Shown here piece after piece: positions 1 to 19,248 of a stretch of 64,000 nucleotides of DNA. This DNA is from the human T2T-CHM13v2.0 reference genome, Homo sapiens, in NCBI RefSeq assembly GCF_009914755.1, contig NC_060946.1; one strand, given 5' to 3'. Positions within the stretch are counted from its first letter, which is position 1. Each line of letters opens with the position of its first letter. The notes under the pieces are model-generated. The model worked only from the letters and a program-made list of their open reading frames with translations, had not been told where the DNA came from and did not search any database. A program made the position numbers and the translations under genes.

Positions 1-652
<652 letters not shown>

Positions 653-1542
653 TAGGTCATAGCTCCAATTTAGCAGCTCAGAGAGGAAAAGTGACTTTCT
701 GTGGTCACATAGCTGAGGAGTGGCAGAGCATGTCTTTGTGCAGGGCTTCAAGATCCTTTTCATGATGCGATGTTGTCTTCAAGACAGGGGCTGAAAGCCT
801 GCCACTCCAGGTCTTCCTTGATAAGACCTCTTTCTTCCTTGCCAGGTAGCCTTTGCTCAATCACCTTCTTTACATTCGCCTTTTAAGCCAGATTGGTCTT
901 TTTTACTGCCCCACCCACATCTCCAGGCAATCTGGACCTTAATGTGCTTCTTACTCCTAAAGCTTGGAGCTCCTTCACTTCAAAAAGTGAGGTACTACAG
1001 TTACAGTAGGCACTGCCGTTACAGTATAACTCAAGAGGTGGATCAAAGCACCAACTGGAATCTCTCCAGCTGCACCCAGTTTGTTCAGCCTGCTCTTACT
1101 TTTGCTCAAGCCGTTACTCTCCTGTCTGGCTTTCTTCTCTTGCCCTATTCGAATTCTATCTATGAAATCTTACCTCCTCCCTGTCAGCTACTGCGATCCC
1201 TTCTTTGGGATCCAGTACTGTGGGTCTGTACCACACAATGGCATTTATCTGTCTTCATTCATTTGACAAACACATTGAAGAGCTGCCATTATGGGGTAGA
1301 CACTGGGCAGGTGGCTGGAGAGACCTTAGTGAATTATACAGACATGGACATGGACCAGGGGGCTAACTCCAGTGTTAGAGTGGGGAGATACAAAAAAGTG
1401 GGGAAGATACATTAAAAAGATATAAAGTAACTAGGAAAATGTCACTCACGGTCCTCTCCAGGTCCAGCACACAAACTCACAGTAATGAATTCATGAATAA
1501 CTCATTGATTACAGGTCAGAATTTTTAAAAAGAAATGACTGA

Positions 1543-1890
<348 letters not shown>

Positions 1891-2185
1891 TCATGCAGCC
1901 TTGGGCTTGGCTCTAACCTGTCAACTGGCGGTGTGACCTTGAGCAAGTCCTGGCCTCTCAGCAGCCTCTGTAAAAATGAGGTTGTTGCATTTAGTGGTCT
2001 CTGGGGACCTTTCCATTTCTGAGATTCTGTATATTATTTTCAACTGCTCTGGGAAGGTCCCCTTCCTCTTCCTGGTTTTTTCCTGCATTTCTCCCCCTCC
2101 CCCTTTCCTTCCGCTCTTCACATTTGTCCCTTCTGTATCCGCCCTCAGCCCCCATTTCCTGGCCACCCCCCAATTCCACTGAGAT

Positions 2186-2287
2186 GGTTACCATGGGAAT
2201 CATCTCCTGGAAGTGACATCACACATTTCCTAGGCAACTGTTTCCAGGACAGTGACATCATCTGATCACCATGGTAACCCTCCAGGA
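2186..2287. promoter_or_regulatory. Triplicated ~39-bp composite element: RFX X-box-like motif + TCCWGGA + AGTGACATCA (CRE variant)
   Basis: X-box-like 14-mers at 2187, 2225, 2265; TCCWGGA at 2205, 2243, 2281; AGTGACATCA at 2212 and 2251. Lies in sequence I do not recognise as a repeat. Confidence 0.55.
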
Positions 2288-2577
2288 GGCCACTTCTGCA
2301 GTGAAATGGGCAGAGAGAATTTTATGTTTTTTCTGGAGATTGAGGGCAATGTAGGGAAATATTAACAGCAACAAAAAAATCTCAAGAGTTAGAAGAAAAA
2401 GCTTTGAATGTTGTGCTTGTTGGGGGCAAGTGGGAAACCAGTGTGGGGCTGGGAAAGAGCAGAAGCTCGGGGCTAACCCCTTCTCCTTTCCAATAACTAC
2501 ATTGATCATATGTCACCAAATTGGGACATTTGAGAGTGAACAGGGCACCATTATTATTATGTGGGAAAGACAAGTGA

Positions 2578-3953
<1,376 letters not shown>

Positions 3954-4064
3954 TCAGGCTACCCAGGTTTCTGTTGTGAGTAGTGGGGTGAAAGATGAGT
4001 AGTCATCTTTCAGATGATGCAGGGGTGCAGGGCTGGGCTTAAGGTTAGCAAGAGAGGTGCCTAG

Positions 4065-5559
<1,495 letters not shown>

Positions 5560-5564
5560 ATGGC

Positions 5565-5690
5565 CCATCTTATAGATGAGGAAATCAGGCTCTGAGAGGT
5601 TCCAGATCTTCCTGAAGGTCCCATGGCTTGCAAGTGGGGGCAGCAGGCCTCAAACTCAGGCTTGCTGACTCATGAGCCTACTCTCTTCCC
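5565..5690. mobile_element. MIR fragment
   Basis: CCCATCTTATAGATGAGGAAATCAGGCTCTGAGAGGTT...AAGGTCCCATGGCT resembles the MIR core. Confidence 0.65.
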
Positions 5691-5930
5691 ACCATGTGAT
5701 GTTTCTCCAGCCTCCCGAGTTTCCTGGGGAGGAAAGGAAGATAATCCAAGAGCCCATAAAGCCCCAGGTGCTTTCAAGTTGGCCACCTCCTTGTTGCTCA
5801 CCACCATTGAGGGTGCAGAGGAGCAAACCAAGGGTCTAGGAAGTGACAAGATCTCTCAGCTCAGCAGAGCTTCATCATGAGAGCCACTTTCTATTACAGG
5901 TGCTCTCCACCTGCCTTTAAGGTTCTGCCT

Positions 5931-7646
<1,716 letters not shown>

Positions 7647-8379
7647 CTCAGCAGGGCATGGTGGCTCAGTCCTGTAATCCTAGCACGTTGGCAGGCCAGG
7701 GCGGGAGGATTGCTTGAGGCCAGGAGGTCCAGACCAGCCTGGGCAATGTAGAAAGACACCATCTCTCCAAAACATAAAAAAAGATAAATTAGCTGGGCTC
7801 GATAGCTATACCTATAGTCCCAGCCACTCAGGAGGCTAAGGTGGGAGAATCACTTGTGCCCAGGAGTTTGAGGCTGCAGTAAGCTATGATCATGCCACTG
7901 TACTCCAGCCTAGGTGACAGAGCGAGACTGTGTCTCAAAAACAAACAAACAAAAAGCAGTGGAACGTTGCTTTACATATATTAGAGCACTTACCACATGC
8001 CCTGTGGTTAAGTGATTTGCATGCAGCATCTCAGTTAATCTCAGAACATCCCGTGACGCAGGTATCCTTCTTGTCCCTGATTTTACAGTTCAGGAAACGG
8101 CCTCAGAGAGGTGAGGAGACGCCCACAGTCGCGTGGCATGGTGCACCTGTGTTCTGAACTGTCACTTGCCTCTCCCTGTGAGCCTCTCTTTACTCTGCCT
8201 TGTCTTCTTGTCCTGGGGCAAGAAGTTAGGGTTCAAGACCCTTCGGGATGTGAGGATGTTTCTGCCACTCTGGACATTAGTTTTCTCCCCTAAGTGGCTC
8301 TATCTCTCCCGGCCTGAGTTTGGAAGGGAGACACCATTCTGGTACGACTTTTCTTAGGCCTGTGCTGCCATCTATGGGG

Positions 8380-9200
8380 CTCGAAGGTGCTCGCCATGCT
8401 CCAGACCGGCCACCTGGCAGTCAGGTGAGCTTGCAAGTGTGAAGAGCAGCGGGATGCGGGGGAGGGAGCAAGCCTAGTAACAAATAAAGCAAATATCATC
8501 GGCCCTTGTCCTCAGCTGCTCGCTCAGGCCCCCCAGAATCCTGTAGCATTTCTGGGGATTAAGAGGGTGGTGGGGTTTTCACCTCTATCACGTCTACTGC
8601 CAGCCTGGCGCCCAAAGGTTCGGCCGTCATCCGCCCCAGCGGGTCCCTGGAACCGCCGGGATGCCCAGGCTGCCAGGGGGTCTAATGGGGAACTGGGAGT
8701 TTCTTTCAGGTCACAGGATAGGTCTGCAGTGCGACTCAGGCTCCCGCGGGGACCTGCCCACTCGAACGGGGGAGGAGGAAGAGGCTCCGGGGGAGAGCCA
8801 AGGAGGCGGGGAAGAGGAGCGGCGTCCCGGGAAAGGGGATGCTGGAGCTCCTGCCGACGCTCCACCTGTAGCCCCGCCCTTGACTCCGCCCACTTCCCCA
8901 GCCCCTCCCTTCCAGGCGCAGCCTCGAGGTGGCGCTGTGGAGCCGCGCAGGGTCTAGGGCGACTCTCTGAGGGAGCCGCGGCCGCCAGGCTCCGTGGGTT
9001 TTGGTTCAGGCGCCGGTTAGTGTCGGGGTAGGCCACGCAGTGAGTTGGCTTGAGGCAGGAGGCAGGCGGAAACCGAGGCTGAGAGGCTGGCTGTCGCTGC
9101 CACCCCTCAGCAACCCCAGTGCAGCTGGTCATCCTGTCAGCCGATCAGTCAGTCGCGTCCCCAGCCCGGCTCACACGCCTCCTCCATCAGTCCCTCAGTC
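8380..9200. promoter_or_regulatory. CpG-island-like, TATA-less promoter
   Basis: GC- and CpG-dense unique sequence. NotI site 8978-8985; GC boxes GCCCCGCCCT 8871-8880 and CTCCGCCCAC 8884-8893; ETS-like CACTTCC 8891-8897; CTCF-like CCTCGAGGTGGCGC 8922-8935; donor-like GCA|GTGAGT at 9040. Confidence 0.75.
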
Positions 9201-9209
9201 AGTCCCTGC

Positions 9210-11020
9210 GTTTCCTGTCTTTCCCTTGCCTTTCTCCCTCTTTTTTCTTGTCTTTTCTTTCTTTCTTTTCCTTCCTTCTCTCTCTATTTCTCTCACTTTC
9301 TTTCCTTTTCTTTTTCTTTTTATGAGAGGGGTCACCTCACTATGTCACCCAGGCTGGAGTGCAGTGACGTCATCTCGGCTCACTCAGCTTCGACATCCTG
9401 GGCTCAAGCCATCCTCCCGCCTCGGCCTCCCAAAGCTCCGGGATCACAGGCAGAGCCACTGTATCCGCCCAACCATTGCGGTTCCTGCCAGGTGGTCGGC
9501 TGGCAGGTCGGCCCTTGTCACCTGGGTCCCCGAGCCCTGCACACTGTGAGGGCGAACAGAGTCCATGGAGGATGGTGAGGGGAGGAAATATGTGGAGCCC
9601 AGGCCTTGCTTTTTCTGTTTTTTGTTCTTGTTGTTGTTGTTGCTGTTGTTTTGTTTTTTTTTTTTTTAGACGGAGTCTCGCTCTGTCGCCCAGGCTGGAG
9701 TGCAGCTCACTGCAAGCTCGGCCTCCCGGGTTCACGCCGTTCTCCTGCCTCAGCCTCCCGAGTAGCTGGGACTACAGGCGCCCGCCACCACGCCCGGCTA
9801 ATTTTTTGTATTTTTAGTAGAAACGCGGTTTCACCGTCTTAGCCAGCATGGTCTCGATCTCCTGAACTCGTGATCCGCTCACCTCAGCCTTCCAAAGTGC
9901 TGGGATTACAGGCGTGAGCCACCGCGCCCGGCCTCTTTTTTTTTTTTGAGTCTTGCTCTGTTGCCCAGGTTGAAGTGCAGTGGTGCGATCTCTGCTCACT
10001 GCAACCTCTCCCTTCCGAGTCCAAATGATTCTCTTGCCTCAGCCTCCTGAGTAGCTGGGATTACAGGCACTCACCACCACGCCTGGCTAATTTTTGTGTT
10101 TTTAGTAGAGGCGAGGTTTCACTATGTTGGCCAGGCTGGTCTTGAACTCCTGGCCTCAAGAGTCTGCCCGCCTCGGCCTCTCAAAGTGCTGGGATTACAG
10201 GTGTGAGCCACTGTGCCCGGCCGTTTTTTTTCTGTTTTTGGTCAGAGTTACTTGCCAAAGGGCTTTGGTTTTTTCCCCTCAGGATCTCCCAGGCCCTTGG
10301 GGGGCAGAGGGGACAACGATGCTGACCCGCTCCTGAGGTGGCGCTCGGCCAGCACAGCTGTCCCTGGAGCAGAAGAGTGGCAGTGGAGGGGCCAGAGCCC
10401 TGGCTTTCAGCGGCTGTACTGAGAGTTACTCCACGTTCAGCCCTTCCCCGCCCGACGCAGATTGGCTGTGGGCTGGGTCTGATCCTTCCCGGACCTGGAG
10501 CAGCTGTGGGCTGGGCCTGATCCACTGACTGCCTTCTATGTTAGAGCTGGCAGCATGGGGGCCCAGACCCGGGCCCTTCCAGGAGGTGCCAGGGCAGTGG
10601 GACCCGGCCCTGAGCTGGAGAGAGCATTCCTGTGCTGGTCGTGGCAGTGCTTCCACCTCACTGTGTGTGCTTGTGCAGGTCACTTCACCCAGGCCTCGGT
10701 GTCATCACGGACAGCTTTCAGAAAGGGGAGACAGCCTGGACATGGTGGCTCACACCCATAACCTCAGCACTTTGTGAGGCCAAGGTGGGGAGGATCACTT
10801 GAGGCCAGGGGTTCAAGACCAGCCTGGGCAACGTAGTAAGTAACCCCATCTCTAAAGAAAAAAAATTAGCTGGACATGGGAGGCCGAGGTGGGAAGATGG
10901 GGCTTGAGCCCAGGAAGTCGAGGCTGCAGTGATCCTCGACTGCACTCCAGTGGTGCATTCGATTACACTACTGCACTCCGGCCTGGGTGACAGCGGGGAG
11001 ACCCCTCTCAAACAAACAAA
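9210..11020. mobile_element. Alu cluster: degenerate monomer with CT-rich tail (-, ~9210-9470), AluY (-, 9610-9932), AluSx (-, 9935-10222), AluJ (+, 10736-11020)
   Basis: Alu consensus matches. Confidence 0.9.
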
Positions 11021-11419
11021 ATCCCCCCAAACCCAAACCTGCCACCTACTTCCCTGCCCTGCCCGGTACTGTGGGTTTGGAAATATAACCATGGAGGTGA
11101 AAGCCCAGGTGTGAGGAAGTTATAACCTGACCTCTCATGGTTTTCCTGATGCAGGGGAGGAAGAATGGAAGAAAGAAATGAGAAAAGGCAGGGGTGGCCT
11201 GAACTCCTGGGCTCCAGGGGACGCTGTGTCTGTTACCCCCACCCATAGGAGCCTGGGGTTCTGGCCTGGGCTGTGTGACCCTGGGCCTGTCTCTGCTGCT
11301 CTCTGGGCTTTTACAGCAGTGAAGAGCTTGGGTTCTATGATCTCTAAGGCTTGAGACTTGAGTGGAAGGGTTTCTAACAGAAATCCTGGGGCCATGATGT
11401 TCGGGGAGCAAGAGCTAAG

Positions 11420-11493
11420 CTGTCTGGTGCAATAGCCACTAACCACGTGTTGCTGTTGGGCACTTGACATGTGGCTTGTCTGATTTCAGGTGT
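11420..11493. mobile_element. MER33/MER3-type hAT-Charlie terminal fragment
   Basis: CTGTC...TAGCCACTAACCACGTGT...GCACTTGACATGTGGCT resembles the MER3/MER33 end. Confidence 0.65.
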
Positions 11494-12004
11494 GCCCAAG
11501 GATGTTGTAGAACTCTGTCTAGCCACAGTGTGGGGATGGGGAGCTCCCGCCGACAGACTCTGTTGCTTTCTGGCTTGGTAAGTGGGAATACCGAAGTCCC
11601 TGGCTGTGTGTTCAGCCCAGTGGGGTTGGGATAGGTACTGGGGAAGGTGGGAGCTGGGTCAGAAACCCTCCCTCAGCCCAACCTGGGTGGACTCCTGGGA
11701 CCCTTGGTGGGAGGAGGGGTCTGATGACCCTGGGGGAGGGAGGGAGGGGAATTGGCAAGACTCAGATGTATACTCTGGGGACGACGATCCTCTCTCTTTC
11801 TGCCCCAGTCCCGCTCCTTTCTTTGAAGCTGGGGTCCCCAGCTCACATCATGCCCAGGCAGCCTCAGTGTTCCAGTGAGGCGGGAGCTACAGCTCCTGGA
11901 AATTAGAGGTGACCTGGGCGAGGCAAGTTTTTTGTAGGGACCTGGTGGGATACTCCCAGGGGATTGTTCTCCTGGGCAGGCCTGGGAAGTCCCAGGAAGA
12001 GTTG

Positions 12005-13900
12005 GTTATTCATTCACATCCAGTGTTTATTGGACATCCACCACATGCCAGGCTTTGTGCCAGGCAGTGAGTGACAGGAGTGAACTGTACAGACATTGAC
12101 CCTGTTTATGGAGTGCAGTGTCTAGAAGTGGTGATAAGGGCAATGGGAGAAGACAAAAATGAAAGTACACGAATTAGTTAAAGTAAAAATTCTGATACCA
12201 GGCACGGCGGCTCATGTCTGTAATCCCAGCACTTTGGGAGGCCGAGGCCAGCGGATCACCGGAGGTTGGGAGTTGGAGACCAGCCTGACCAACATGGAGA
12301 AACCCCATCTCTACTAAAAATACAAAATTAGCTGGGCGTGGTGGCACATGCCTCTAATCCCAGCTACTTGGGAGGCTGAGGCAGGAGAATCGCTTGAACC
12401 TGGGAGGCAGAGGTTGTGGTGAACGGGGTTGCACCACTGCACTCCAGCCTGGGCAACAAGAGTGAAACTCTGTCTCAAAAAAAAAAAAAAAGTTAAAATT
12501 GTGGTATGTGCTGTGAGGGTAGCAAGGCGGGTGCTAAGATAGAGAACAAAGCAGGCCATTCTGGGAGGATTCTCTGAGCAGGTGACACTTAGCCTAAGAC
12601 CTGAAAGAGGAGGAGCCATGGGATGGAAAGAGTGTTCCAGACAGAGGGAATAGCATTCATCCACTCACTCACTCATGCATGTGTTACTCTGTGTTGGACG
12701 CTGTTCTATTTGCTCCCAAAACAGCGATGAACAATACAGGAGAAATGCTTTCTGTCATGGAGCTTATGTTGTACTGGAAGAAGACAGAAGGCAAATAACC
12801 AATTAGACAAATAATATCAGGAAATGATGAATGCTCTGGAGAACATAAAAAGATGATGGGCTAGCAAATGACTAAGGATGAAGGGACTATTGCAGATAAG
12901 GTGGAGAGGGAAGGCCACTCTGGAGACCTGAATGATGAGAAGGAGCCAGGCAATGGAAGGGTCTGGAGGAAGAGCATTCCAGAGAAAGGGACCAGGAAGT
13001 GGAAACGAGTTTAGCAGATTTGAGGCATATGGCCAGTGGGAGAGTGATGGGCAGTGAGGTGCAGGGAGCAAGTTGTGGAGGGTGTGGCAAAACTAGGCCA
13101 GGAGTTTGGATTTTAGTAGAAGGCATCGGGAAGCTGGTGGAGGGATGTGGGTAGGGGAGTGGTCCAGTCCCTCAGGCTGCTCTGTGTGGGTATAGAGTGA
13201 GAAGGTGGGAAGGTGGGAGTTAAACTAGTTAGAAATCATTGAGGCCGGGCGCAGTGACTCACGCCTGTAATCCCAGCACTTTGGGAGGCTGAGGTGGGCG
13301 GATCATGAGGTCAAGAGATCGAGACCATCCTGGCCAACATGGTGAAGCCCCGTGTCTACTAAAAATACAAAAATTAGCCAGGCGTGGTGGCGTGCACCTG
13401 TAGTCCCAGCTACTTGGGAGGCTGAGGCAGGAGAATCGCTTGAACCCGGGAGGCGGAGGTTCTGTCTCAAAAATAAATAAATAAATAAATAAATAATAAA
13501 TAAATAAATGGAAAGGAATCATTTTGTAGTCCAGGCAAAATGTTGGTGGCCTGGACTAGGGCAATAGCAGTGGAGATGGATGCAGGTGAACAGATATATC
13601 TATGGACAGAATTGACAGGACTTTATAACCATTTGGATGAAGGAAAATGAGACTCCTTGGATTTGACTTCTAGCAACTGGGTGGATTATGGTGCCATTTA
13701 CTGAGTTGGAGTGGGTTGTGGGAGATACATTTTGGGGAGGAAAATGCAAATGCAGTTTTGATGAACTTAGAGATTTCTGTAAGACAGGAAAGCGGAGATG
13801 ACAAGCAGGAAGCTGGGTCTCTGAGCTTGGAGCACAGGGAACAGGACTGGCCTAGAGATAAATTTGGTTCAGGGCACAGGCAGCTCTGGTTAGGCCCACA
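12005..13900. mobile_element. L2 fragments interrupted by Alus (+, 12198-12490; +, 13243-13505)
   Basis: TTCATTCA...TTTATTG...GCCAGGC...GTGCCAGGC and purine-rich L2 body motifs; Alu matches. Confidence 0.7.
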
Positions 13901-13949
13901 GAGACAGTACTGTTCAAGGGACAAGCACTAAGTTGTCCAGCACAGACAC

Positions 13950-14694
<745 letters not shown>

Positions 14695-14695
<1 letters not shown>

Positions 14696-15387
14696 TTTTT
14701 TTGTTTGTTTTTGTTTTCTGAGACAGGGTCTTACTCTGTCGTTCAGGCTGGAGTGCAGTGGTGCGATCTCAGCTCACTGCAACCTCTGCCTCCCGGGTGG
14801 AAGCAATTCCCCGCGTCAGCCTCCTGAGTAGCTGGGACAGGTATGTGTCACCACAACCAGATAATTTTTGTATTTTTAGTAGAGAAGGGGCTTCCCCATG
14901 TTGGCCAGGCTGGTCTTGAACTCCTGACCTTAAGTGATCCACCCGTTTTGGCCTCCCAAAGTGCTGAGATGTATTTCTTTTCTTTCTTTCTCTTTTTTTT
15001 TTTTGAGACAGAGTTTCACTCTTGTTGCCTAGGCTGGAGTGCAATGGCGTGATCTTGGCTCACCACAACCTCCGCCACCTGGGTTCAAGTGATTCTCCTG
15101 CCTCAGCCTCCTGAGTAGCTGGGATTACAGGCATGCGCCACTACGCTGGCTAATTTTGTATTTTTTTTTTTTAGTAGAGATGGTGTTTCTCCAGTTGCTC
15201 AGGCTGGTCTCGAACTCTGACCTCAGGTGATCTGCCTGCCTTGGCCTCTTAAAGTGCTGCAATTACAGGTGTGAGCCATGGCGTTTCTCCAGTTGCTCAG
15301 GCTGGTCTCAAACTCCGACCTCAGGTGATCTGCCTGCCTTGGCCTCTTACAATGCTGGAATTACAGGCGTGAGCTACTGCGCCCGGC
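14695..15387 (-). mobile_element. AluSx (14695-14968) and AluSp (14975-15387) with an internal 98-bp tandem duplication
   Basis: Alu matches; 15180-15277 is repeated at 15278-15374. Confidence 0.92.
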
Positions 15388-15456
15388 TGTTGGGATGTAT
15401 TTCTAATGTTCCATAGGGTAGGGCTGGTGGTGTGTTGTAGGGTGTGGCAGATCAGG

Positions 15457-15471
15457 GCACCAGGGGGCAGC
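15457..15471 (+). promoter_or_regulatory. CTCF motif
   Basis: GCACCAGGGGGCAGC, one mismatch from the CCACCAGGGGGCAG core. Confidence 0.5.
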
Positions 15472-16837
15472 AGTGGTTAGGAAATTGAGAGGCATTTCCG
15501 ATGAAGACAACCTAAGGGAAACCCAGAGTAGGGGTTGGCCTGTCTCTCTCTAGCTCCCTTCCTGACACCTTGTCAGAGCACAACCGTGGCACACCCCCTT
15601 GGACTTCCCAACCCCGTGGCTGTCTCAGTTGGAGTTGAGGAACAGGTAGGAGGGGTCCCCATGAGATGGTGGTGTGAACCACTCAAGAAGTTGCTGGTAC
15701 TTCAGGCTCTGATCTCACTCTCTTCCTTTAACTCCAGCTGACATCACTGTGCTAGGGGAACATTTCCACCTCTTGGGCTGAGCAGGGTATGCCAACCGAC
15801 AGCTGGGTAGTCAAGGCAACCAAGGCAATAAAGCTCACAGAGGTTAATTTATATGAAATGAATGTGGCTGTAACTGGTTTTCATCCATTATAATTCTAAA
15901 CATCATGTTCAAATTGCCTGTAGTGTTTTTAGTTGGCAGGAAAACTGCCATTAGGGAAAAAAGAGCAGAGGGATGATTGGGGGCGAGATTGAATTCACTT
16001 TAGTGGGTTTGGTGTGACTTTGGTTGAGTGTCGCAGTGTGCCAGACTTTTGTGAGTGTCGTAGTGTGACTTTTGTGAGTGTCACAGTGTGCCAACAACCA
16101 GTTGGGTTGTTGACTGTGCAGTCCTCAAGGAATATATGTATCAGTGATTTAATATAGGGAGAAATGTGTAGAGGGATAAATAGAGACCCATGAGAGCTCA
16201 GAGGAAGTGCAGTTAATGCTTGTGCATGGGTGCGTGAAACTGTGAACTCAGAGAGAAAGTGCCAGGTAGCATCAGAGCAGACAGTCAGGATTTAGCCATG
16301 CAGTGGAGGGGTGGAGAGTGGGTTTGCAGGCACTGGGACAGCAGCAAAGGACATGGCTCAAGGAAGGACAACGAGATTTGTTTGGCCATGTGGAGCAGGG
16401 TCCTAGGAAAACAAAGATGGTGCCAGATCTTGAGAGGCCTTGGTTTCCCAGTTAAGGAGATTGGACGACTTTATTATTTTATTTTCCCTCTTTCCATAAT
16501 TCAGAGAAAGAGAATGGACTTTGGATTGCAGGTACTTAAGAGCTTTTGAGGAGGGCCTGAGCTGGACAACACTGTGCTTAGAAAGAAGAAACCATACAGT
16601 GCTTCAGTTTTTGTGGAGATAAAATAAAATATGAAAAACAGAAGAAACCATTTGCCTTTTTGGTGCTCAGAGGGCAGGGTAGGAGAGGAAAAGGAGCTTG
16701 TGTGTTGCAAGCAGGGAGGTAAAGAGCCCCTTTGGGACTAGTCAGTTGGCAAATAAGGCAGAGTGGGAGAGCAGTTAGGAGTATTTGTTTTGGGAATGGA
16801 AAGACCTGGATTTGATCACTAATCCTATAATTTTTTT

Positions 16838-17535
<698 letters not shown>

Positions 17536-17538
17536 ATC

Positions 17539-17544
17539 CCTGCC

Positions 17545-17578
<34 letters not shown>

Positions 17579-17610
17579 AACCCTTCTCCTTCTATAACCT
17601 ACCACTTTTT
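17539..17610 (-). mobile_element. Tiny orphan retrotransposed fragment (21 nt + polyA) with TSD
   Basis: CCTGCCACTTTTT (17539) / CCTACCACTTTTT (17598) flank a T30 run plus GCAACCCTTCTCCTTCTATAA. Confidence 0.55.
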
Positions 17611-17755
17611 AGCTCTGTAATTTAAGCCTCAGTTTTCTTATCTGTGAAATAACAGTAATATCCAGGACTGACTCATCCATCAGGCACAAGAGGCTCAATA
17701 TTCTAGGTCCCATGGTACTTTTAAGGGTCCATAAAAATGTTTTAGTTATTTTTTG

Positions 17756-18379
<624 letters not shown>

Positions 18380-19248
18380 TCACATCTGAAGAAAGAAATG
18401 AAAATTTAGGTCAAAGAAAACGTCTTGATATATTAAGACATTATTAAATATTCTTTTATCAATGCAGCTGTAAAATATAATTTTTAGTATTATTTTTATA
18501 GAGGAAGGGGCCCACAAAAGCAAAGGTGTCTCAGACCCGCAAAAATCCTACTGTGGGCTTGACACTGTTTGTCTCACAGGGTTATCATGAGGATGCAATG
18601 TGATAATCATGTCAAATCTCATGTGCTGTGCTGGCCCATAGTAGGCCATCAGTAAACGGTCAGTGTTTATGGAGTAGCAGACAGAATCTCCCTCATCAGC
18701 CTGGGCCCCTTTAGCAGGAGAGCAGTGGGGGGGCTTTTCTGTCCCGCTAGCACCTTGGCAGGCTGGTGAATTATTGACTGTGCAAACCCATGAAGGAACC
18801 ACTTAGTGAGCTTGAGGGAAGGGCAGTGCTAAGGAGCTGGTCCTCTGCCCCAGTTTCCTGTCCTGACACCTCTGAGGGTTCAGGGGCACCTGTGGCCTCA
18901 CCAGGCAGAGAGAGAGTTGCCGAGGTGGAGAGGAGGCAGGCAATAGAGGGGTTCTGTGCCTCAGCGCCTGGTGGGGTTGGTAAAGCTCCCTAGCTGTAAT
19001 TCCCTGCCTTTGTTAGGCAGAGAGACCTGGTGTCCACCTGGGTGGAGAAGGCAATGACCATGAGTGACTTAAATGGCTCTGACAGCCATTACTCGTTTTT
19101 TTTTTTTTTTTGAGACAGGGTCTCACTCTGTCACCCAGGCTGCAGCACAGTGGCACAATCTTGGCTCACTGCAACCAATGTTCTTTTTTAAAAAATAAAT
19201 AAAGATGAAATTCACACAACATAAAATTAACCATTTTATTTATTTAGT

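Noticed and set aside
942-1415. 157-aa ORF in mostly unique sequence
   Set aside because: No recognisable homology, and the 3' part runs through an L2-like remnant. It cannot be supported without a database hit or Ribo-seq.
9210-9322. 110-nt polypyrimidine tract (H-DNA or strong acceptor candidate)
   Set aside because: Best explained as the decayed tail of the adjacent antisense Alu monomer.
8524-9549. Overlapping 150-200 aa ORFs on both strands of the CpG island
   Set aside because: They are Pro/Arg/Gly/Ala-rich frames expected from stop-codon scarcity in GC-rich DNA. No recognisable domain; one runs into an Alu.
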